DNA of 64,000 nt from assembly GCA_964016885.1 (NCBI GenBank), contig OZ024760.1:28768001-28832000 (forward strand), read 5' to 3'. Below, piece by piece: positions 55,066-64,000 of this stretch. Both the position numbers and the translations under genes were made by a program. Origin of the DNA: Eledone cirrhosa (Eukaryota). Within the stretch, counting starts at the first letter, position 1; every line of letters begins with the position of its first letter. The notes below the pieces were generated by a model that was given only the letters and a program-made list of their open reading frames with translations, was not told where the DNA came from and searched no databases.

Positions 55066-55074
55066 ATGTATATG

Positions 55075-55121
<47 letters not shown>

Positions 55122-55596
55122 ATATATGTATATATATATATATATGTATGTATATATATGTATATATATATATATATGTATGTATATGTATATATATATA
55201 TATATGTATGTATATATATGTATATATATATATATATGTATGTATATATATGTATATATATATATATATGTATGTATATATATGTATATATATATATATA
55301 TGTATGTATATATATGTATATATATATATATATGTATGTATATATATGTATATATATATATATATGTATGTATATATATGTATATATATATATATATGTA
55401 TGTATATATATGTATATATATATATATATGTATGTATATATATGTATATATATATATATATGTATGTATATGTATATATATATATGTATGTATGTATATA
55501 TATGTATATATATATATATATGTATGTATATATATGTATATATATATATATATGTATGTATATGTATATATATATATATATGTATGTATATATATG

Positions 55597-55627
<31 letters not shown>

Positions 55628-55700
55628 GTATATATATATATATATATATGTATGTATATATATGTATATATATATATATATATATGTATGTATATATATG

Positions 55701-55731
<31 letters not shown>

Positions 55732-55793
55732 GTATATATATATATATATGTATGTATATATATGTATATATATATATATATGTATGTATATAT

Positions 55794-56956
55794 AACTTTG
55801 AATAACTTTGAAATGTTTTGGCCAGTATTGGCCCAGGCCATGTCTAACTTAATAGCACCACCTGGCGAAGTCTTTCAATTCAGGATTTGGGCACCATGGC
55901 CCATTCGAGAAGAGAATTACTGTTTGCGGAGACATATCCGGGTGTGGGTGGTTTGTCCGGGATTACTTGGAGGAATTTGTCCAAAGACTTCTTGAATTTT
56001 GTGTGGTCAGTTGCTGTTTTGACGTGTCCTGGTGTGATGTTGAAGAGAGCAGGGCCGATTGAGGTGAAATAATTGTGCCGTATTGTTGTTATGAGTTGCG
56101 ATTTAGATTTTTGAATGGGACGGATAGCACGGGGCCCAAGCCTTGGGTGTATCTTGAAGGCGATGCCAACATCATTTGGGCAGTGATGATGGAACATTTT
56201 CCACATCATGCAGATAATATAACGCTCACGGCGACGTTGGAGTGAGTAAAGTTTCAGGTTTTCTAATCGACCCCAGTAGTCATGGTCTGACATGCCATCT
56301 ATCTTTTTCGTGATTGCCCTTTGAGGAGCTTCAAGTTTCATGATACTTTGTTTCGTGTGGGGAGACCACAGTGGACAACAGTATTCAAGGTGTGGTCGGG
56401 CGAAAGTAGAGAAGAGAAGGATAATGGTGCGGGAACCTCTCGACTGGAAGGTTCTGAGGATCCAGGAACACATTCTGCGGGCCATGTCAACTTTGCTGCT
56501 TATATGCGTGGTCCAGCTTATGTTGCTGTCCACGGTTACTCCCAAGTCTCTGATGTTGTTAGATACCACGAGAGTTTCCCCGGAGGGAAGGGAGTACGGG
56601 AGTTTCAGAGCATCCTCTTTTCCAAAGTGGATCAGTTCGAATTTGTCTTCGTTCAGTAACATGTTGTTCTTTTCTGCCCATTGGGTAACAGCCAGTAGGT
56701 CTGACTGAAGGCTTATCCGGTCATCCACGCCATTGATGACCTTTTGGAGCTTGGAATCATCAGCGAAAATTTTAATGTTGCTGTGTTTGATGATGTCAGT
56801 GATGTCATTAATATAGATGATGAAGAGAAGTGGGCCCAACACAGTGCCTTGTGGGACCCCACTACTGACTTTGGCTGGGCTTGATTTGACTCCCTCAACT
56901 ACAACATGTTGGGTTCTGTTTGACAGGAAGCTCTTGATCCACTGCAGCAGCTTTCT
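55794..56956 (-). mobile_element. 5'-truncated CR1-clade LINE (RT C-terminal half)
   Basis: SFLSNRTQHV...SGVPQGTVLGPLLFIIYINDI...FADDSKL...RDLGV...RPHLEYCCPLWSPH...YSLQRRRER; ORF 55880..56842 is open. Confidence 0.92.
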
Positions 56957-57160
56957 GTATGTATATGTATATATATATATATATAAGTCCTATGCGAGCA
57001 AGACAATCACTCTTGCCTCAAGTGGGACTACCCCCGTCCAAACCCATGCAAGCGTGGAACACGGACGTTAAACGATGATGATGATGATGATGATGATGTA
57101 TGTATATATATGTATATATATATGTATGTATATATATGTATATATATATGTATGTATATA

Positions 57161-57201
<41 letters not shown>

Positions 57202-57236
57202 ATATATATGTATATATATATATATATATATGTATG

Positions 57237-57354
<118 letters not shown>

Positions 57355-57748
57355 CATATATATATATATATATACATATATATATACATACATATATATA
57401 TAGGAGGTGGTGAGAACAGACCTCAGATCATTGAAGCTCACGGTGGAGATGACGAGGGACCGTGACGAGTGGAGAGATGCTGTGCTGAATAAGACCCGTC
57501 CCACCCTTGCAAGCAGGGAAAAGCGGACGTAGGATGATGATGATGATGATGATATATACATGTATGTAGGAGGTGAGTTTTATTGTAGTACAATAAAGCA
57601 ATGCAGATATCGGATAAGAACCACTCTACAGTTTATATACATATATTACTCTTTTACCTGTTTCAGCCATCCGGCTGAGGCAATATATATGTATATAGAT
57701 CATCATCATCATCATATGCAGATATCAGATATCGCAGATATATGTATG

Positions 57749-57779
<31 letters not shown>

Positions 57780-57796
57780 ATATATATATATGTATG

Positions 57797-57827
<31 letters not shown>

Positions 57828-58154
57828 ATATATATATATATGTATGTATATATATATATATATGTATGTATATATATATATGTGTATATATATATGTATG
57901 TATATATATATGTATGTATATATATATGTATGTATATATATGTATATATGTATATATGTATATATATATATATGTATGTATATATATGTATATATATATG
58001 TATGTATATATATGTATATATATATGTATGTATATATATGTATATATATATGTATGTATATATATGTATATATATATATGTATATATATATGTATGTATA
58101 TATATGTATATATATATGTATGTATGTATATATATGTATAAGTGTCGTACGTAT

Positions 58155-59728
58155 ATGATCTTCTCAGCTAGACAGCTCCAGGAGAAGTGCATTGAACAGG
58201 GCTTGGATCTGTATCAGGTTTTTGTCGATCTGACAAAGGCTTTCGATACTGTCAACAGAGATGCATTATGGAAGGTTCTCCAGAAACTTGGTTGCCCTGA
58301 TAAGTTCCTTGCTTTAGTTAGGTCTTTCCATGACGACATGAAGGCTTGGGTTAACGTCGGAGGTAACATGTCGGAGCCTATCTCAGTAAAAAATGGAGTG
58401 AAACAGGGGGATATTCCAGCACCGACCCTGTTTGCCATATACTTTGCAATGGTTTTCTGTATTGCATTCAGGAATTGCGAGCATGGTGTTTACATCCGAT
58501 ATCGAACCTCAGGCAGCATATTTAACATCAGGCGCTTTGCTGCGAAGACAAAAGTATTTACATCAGTCATAAGAGACCTCTTGTATGCAGATGATTGCGA
58601 TCTTGTAGCGCACACAGAGAGTGATATGCAGCACATTTTGAATGTATTTTCTGACGCTTGCACTGCCCTGGGTTTGACTGTCAGTCTCAAGAAAACCGTC
58701 GTCATGTACCAACCTGCCCCTAGTAAGCAGTACACTGAACCAAACATCTATGTGTATGGCAAACGACTCGGAGTGGTTGATCAGTTTGTCTACCTGGGAA
58801 GCACTGTCAATCGATACGGCAACCTTGACGGTGAAATCTCACTTAGGATTAGGAAAGCAAGTGATGCTTTCGGAAAGCTAGAAAGGCGACTCTGGGGTCG
58901 GCGAGACATATGCAGGAGGAAAAAGGTAAAGGTGTACAGGGCATGTGTACTCTCTTGTCTTCTTTATGCCTGCGAGACCTGGGTCACATATCGACGCCAC
59001 CTTAAGCAATTGGAGCGTTTCCATCAGATGTGTCTCAGACGGATCCATGGCGTTCACTGGAGGGACCACATCAGTGATGTCGAGATTTTGGAAAGCTCTA
59101 TGTGTGACAGTATAGAAGCTCTTGTGCTTAAGCAACGACTCCATTGGAGTGGTCACCTTGCCAGGATGAAGGATTCTAGAATACCAAAACAACTCTTCTA
59201 TGGAGAGTTGGTTAAAGGAAAACGACCGCCACATAAACCAAAAAAGAGGTATAAGGATTCCTTGAAAGCCTCTCTGAAAGACGCTAACATCTCTGCTGAT
59301 ACATGGGAAAATATTGCTGCTGATCGTAATAAGTGGAGAAAGACTGTATATGAGGGAAAAGTTGCCTTTGAGGCATCTCGAATCGCACACGAGAAAGTAA
59401 AGCGGGACGTGAGGAAGGGCATTGCTGTTGCACTTCCAGACGGTGAGGGTCCTCCTATGGTTCTGACATGCAGCGTCTGTGCGAGACTCTGCCTAAGCAA
59501 AGCTGGACTCGAAAGTCATCTTCGCAGTCATAAAGTAAGACCAGTGGTTGACTACCAGGCTGCTGTTGGAGATGCTACTCATCATGCTTGCCAAACATGT
59601 GGTAGAGAATGTAAATCAGCAGGAGGGCTCAAGCGACATGCAAAAGTACACGAACTCCAACCACAGCCGACTATTCCCAGTGAATGTTTTGGTTGCCGAC
59701 TCTGTGCAAGACATTTTAGATCATTGGC
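58155..59728 (+). mobile_element. RTE (BovB-like) LINE: open RT with C-terminal C2H2 fingers, 3' end displaced
   Basis: [64 protein letters not shown] and [11 protein letters not shown] motifs. Confidence 0.95.
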
Positions 59729-60152
59729 TGCACGTATCAGTTTAGCGGCGCTTATTATAACGTCGCTTTGTTCGTTTGTAAACAAACTGAACAGCCTGAA
59801 TTTATGCCATACGGTGTTAAGGCAACCATAATAAGCGCCGCTAAACTGATACGTGCATATATGTATGTGTACCTGTATGCATATGTATGTATATATGTAT
59901 ATATATATATATGTGCATGCTACTGTACGTCTGTATACATATATGTATGTACGTATACATGCATACTTACATTTAAGTAAGTGCCATACTAAGAGTGAGA
60001 AATGAAATTTCGTTTTCATTTTGTTTCAATTTATCGTTTTCGGTATGCCTGACCGATTTAACTCACTCAATATGCAAATTAGGCTGCTCAGCCGTTAATT
60101 TTCATAAGGAAAGTATATACTTTCGAACGTTCAACTATCTGGCAGATGGGTA

Positions 60153-60197
60153 AACGGTGCTGATGATAGCTAACAAGCTTGAAACTAGTACACCGTT
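60153..60197 (+). ncRNA. minimal type I hammerhead ribozyme
   Basis: AACGGTG-CTGATGA-T-AGCT(AACA)AGCT-T-GAAA-CTAG-TA-CACCGTT; 7 bp stem I, palindromic ACTAGT stem III, GUA triplet. Confidence 0.88.
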
Positions 60198-60624
60198 CCT
60201 GTGTCAGTGTTGAACAAAAAGGTGACGTGGTTGCCTTAACACCGTATGGCATAAATTCAGGCTGTTCAGTTTGTTTACAAACGAACAAAGCGACGTTATA
60301 ATAAGCGGCGCTAAACTGATACGTGCATATATGTATGTGTACCTGTATGCATATGTATGTATATATGTATATATATATATATATGTGCATGCTACTGTAC
60401 ATCTGTATACATATATTTATGTACGTATACATGCATACTTACATTTAAGTAAGTGCCATACTAAGAGTGAGAAATGAAATTTCGTTTTCATTTTGTTTCA
60501 ATTTATCGTTTTCGGTATGCCTGACCGATTTAACTCACTCAATATGCAAATTAGGCTGCTCAGCCGTTAATTTTCATAAGGAAAGTATATACTTTCGAAC
60601 GTTCAACTATCTGGCAGATGGGTA

Positions 60625-60669
60625 AACGGTGCTGATGATAGCTAACAAGCTTGAAACTAGTACATCGTT
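60625..60669 (+). ncRNA. minimal type I hammerhead ribozyme (second unit)
   Basis: Identical to the first except one C>T in stem I that leaves a G-U pair. Confidence 0.87.
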
Positions 60670-61075
60670 CCTGTGTCAGTGTTGAACAAAAAGGTGACGT
60701 GGTTGCCTTAACACCGTATGGCATAAATTCAGGCTGTTCAGTTTGTTTACAAACGAACAAAGCGACGTTATAATAAGCGCCGCTAAACTGATACGTGCAT
60801 ATATGTATGTGTACCTGTATGCATATGTATGTATATATGTATATATATATATATATGTGCATGCTACTGTACGTCTGTATACATATATGTATGTACGTAT
60901 ACATGCATACTTACATATATATATATATATATATATATTTTTTATTTTTTTTTATTTTTTTTTTTTTAAATTTATTTATTATTATTTTTTTAATTTTATT
61001 TTATTTTATTTTTTATTTATTTATTTATTTTTTATTTTTTTTTTTTTTTTTTTTTAAATTTATTTATTATTTTTT

Positions 61076-61106
<31 letters not shown>

Positions 61107-61170
61107 TATTTATTTATTTATTTTTTTTTTCTTGTGCAATGGCCATACTCGATAACGAGGGGGCAGCCAT

Positions 61171-61210
<40 letters not shown>

Positions 61211-61289
61211 TGTATATATATATATGTGTGTATGTATATGTATGTGTATATGTATATATATATATGTGTGTATGTATATGTATGTGTAT

Positions 61290-61330
<41 letters not shown>

Positions 61331-61481
61331 TATGTGTGTATGTATGTGTATGTATGTATATATATGTATGTATGTATATGTATGTATATATCTATGTATA
61401 TATATTTATATGTATGTATGTATATTTATCATCATCATCATCATTTTACGTCCGCCTTTCCCCTGTAGAAGCCATTCTATA

Positions 61482-61519
<38 letters not shown>

Positions 61520-61527
61520 AGTATATA

Positions 61528-63020
61528 TCATCATCATCATTTTACGTCCACTTTTCCCTGCTTGCAAAGGTGGGACAGGTCCTATTCAGCACAGCATCTT
61601 ATCCCTCTTATACCCTGTTTCTTTCTCAATTTGTCTATGCTTGGTCGTTCACACACATTGGCATTGCACATCCAACGGAGCATACTCACTTCATTTCTCT
61701 GCAGCCGTCGCATATCTTCTGCAGTTGCTGGCCATGTCCCACTACCATGCAGCATCGCGCATCTCACACAGGCATCATACAACCGTCCTTTCGTACGCAG
61801 GGAGAAACCCTTCTTTGTCAACAGAAGAAGCAGATCCCTAAACTTCTTCCAACCCGTTCTTATTCTAGATACTATGGCCTTGGAACACCCTCCTCCCATG
61901 CTAATCTGATCACCTAGGTACCGGAAGCTATCAACCAATTCTATAGAACCCACCTGCATTGAAAAAATTTGTCTATCACTGCGACATCTACTGCATACAT
62001 AGTTTTCCCTACCTGTTAGTTTGCCTGCTATCCCACTACATCTCTTGTGTACCCAAGATCTGCATTGCGAACATTTTATGGAATTTATGCCAGTTCCTTT
62101 CCTACATCTCGAACATGGCCATTTCCCTGATGGAATCAGAGTATTGTCCTCTCTTCTACTTATCAACACTTTTGTTTTAGCTATGTTCACTCTCAGGCCT
62201 CTTGTTTCCAACTGCTGTTTCCATAGCCAGAATTTATTCTCTAACTCCTCTACTGATTCTGCTATAAGAATCAGATCATCAGCATAGAGAAGTTCCCATG
62301 GGCAGCCAGTCTTAAACTCCTCTGTTATGGCTTGGAGGACTATAATGAACAAGAGCGGGCTGAGGACCGAACCCTGATGTACACCTACTTGTATCTGGAA
62401 TTCCTCACTAAACTCTATTCCTATTCTCACTTTACAGTACCCCTGTAGCTTGCACAGTCCTCACAAGGCATTGCTCTATACCTAGTTTCCTTAGGGACCA
62501 CCAGATGACAGATCGGGGTACCCTATCAAAGGCCTTCTCTAGGTCAACAAAAGCTAAGTATAGTGGCTCTTGTAGTTGCCTCACTATGAAGAGGGCATCT
62601 GTTGTACTTTTCCCAGGCACAAAACCAAACTACATCTCATCTAGTTTGACCCTTTCTCTAATCAGTTGCGCTAATATTCTCTCTGCCACTTTCATAACCT
62701 GATCCATCAGCTTTATACCCCTATAATTGCTCCTCTCCAGAGCATCCCCTTTACCTTTGTAGCAATTTATGAGAATACTGCTGCACCAGTCTTTGGGTAT
62801 GGCACTACCATATATAGCCTGATTGATGATGTGTGCAACCAGTTTAGTGCCTACGTCCCCTGATGCCTTCAGCATCTCAGCAACTATCCCCGATGGTCCA
62901 GCAGCCTTATCATTTTTCATTTCCTTAATTGCCTCTTGTACCCTATATTTGTCAATTTCAATAGCTGGTCCCTCTGTCGGGTCTACTGGGGGTAATTTCT
63001 ATCTCTCCCATTCGTTCTCA
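61528..63020 (-). mobile_element. older degenerate copy of the PHD-RTE family
   Basis: Homologous to 757-2240; frameshifts, a stop and a ~200 bp deletion near the 3' end; extends further 5' (MKNDKAAGPSGIVAEMLK). Confidence 0.93.
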
Positions 63021-63436
63021 TATTAATCCCCTATAATTTAATGAGCTCAAGGAATAGATTCTGGGCTCTTTATAAATCAACATATAGGGAGAGGTACACA
63101 TGGACATGGACGACCTGTCTGACCCATGCAAGCATGGAAAAATGGACGCTAAACAATGATGGTGATGATGGTGATGGTGGTGATGGTGATGATGGCAGTG
63201 ATGTTGGTGGTGTTAATGGTGATGATGGTGATGGTAATGATGATAATTGTTTCTGCGTTTGGCACAAGGCCAGCGATTACCCAGTACATTACTGGTACTT
63301 TATTTTATCGACCCATAAGGATGAAAGGCAAAGTTAACATAGGCAGGATTTGAACTCAGATCATAAAGGGTCGTAACTCTATGCTTCAAAGAATTGTGTC
63401 CGACTCTATCGATACTGCCAATCCACCAATGATACA

Positions 63437-63537
63437 CAGGGTGTCCACCAAAAATGTATACATACTTCAACAGCATTCTAATAAATATTGCCTGTACAGG
63501 TAATCAAAGTGTGTATACATTTTTTGGGGACACCCTG
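63437..63537. mobile_element. Tc1/mariner-type MITE, 101 bp
   Basis: ~31 bp TIRs CAGGGTGTCC...TGTATACATACTT / AAGTGTGTATACA...GGACACCCTG; right flank TA, left flank CA. Confidence 0.75.
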
Positions 63538-63689
63538 TATATAATACAAAAGTACAAAAGTTAAAATTTCACCACTTAATTACTGTAGAAATATATTGAA
63601 TATATATTGAACACTTCAACTTTTCTATTGATACCCAGAGTTGATCTGATTGGTTGCTTCTTCAATGTTAGACCTTTGTTAGCTTCTTT

Positions 63690-63878
63690 CTTTCTTCCTT
63701 CCTTTCTTCCTTCCTTCCTTCCTTCCTTCCTTCCTTCCTTCCTTTCTTCCTTCCTTTCTTCCTTCCTTCCGTCCTTTCTTCCTTCCTTCCTTTCTTCCTT
63801 CCTTCCTTCCTTCCTTCCTTCCTTCCTTCCTTCCTTCCTTCCTTCCTTCCTTCCTTCCTTCCTTCCTTCCTTCCTTCC
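63690..63878. repeat. (CCTT)n microsatellite
   Basis: Seen directly. Confidence 0.97.
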
Positions 63879-64000
63879 TATTGTGACATTTAACATAATT
63901 TCAGATATCTGGCAGATGGATTTCTTGTTCCTCACACATCTCTCTCTCTCTCTCTCTATCCCGCCCCCTCCCCTCTCTCTACCCCCCCTCTCTCTCTACC

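Larger units (their letters stand above)
59729..60916 (+). mobile_element. retrozyme-like tandem array (470-472 bp units, ~2.3 copies) with an inverted 5' segment
   Basis: Units start at 59829, 60299 and 60771; 59729-59828 is an inverted copy of the unit-junction region; one hammerhead per full unit; no meaningful ORF. Confidence 0.8.

Noticed and set aside
57774-59831. 685-aa ORF as an intact gene
   Set aside because: Chimera of microsatellite, truncated RTE and the inverted repeat segment; no endonuclease domain

Overview
Repeat-saturated, AT-rich eukaryotic DNA. The (TA)n/(ATGT)n/(CAT)n load and the SINE/LINE families suggest an octopus-like cephalopod (inference). No intact host gene is recognisable, and almost all ORFs in the track are microsatellite artefacts. 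The only convincing coding sequences are retroelement remnants: two RTE copies with a PHD-like finger inside the RT, an RTE with three C-terminal C2H2 fingers, a CR1-type LINE, R4/Dong-like REL fragments, a probable L1/Tx1 3' end and a Penelope GIY-YIG fragment. Also present are tRNA-derived SINEs, a non-autonomous Helitron, a mariner-type MITE and more than 10 minisatellites. The main unexplained signal is a cluster of self-cleaving-ribozyme motifs read by eye. These are (i) a tandem 470-472 bp retrozyme-like array with two minimal hammerheads, (ii) eight further minimal type I hammerheads, six of them as mirror pairs in Penelope-type fold-back repeats and one pair with a U3-A8 core variant, and (iii) a twister-like head on a non-coding RTE-associated family. 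A few candidate host micro-exons are flagged at low confidence. No folding or database search was run.
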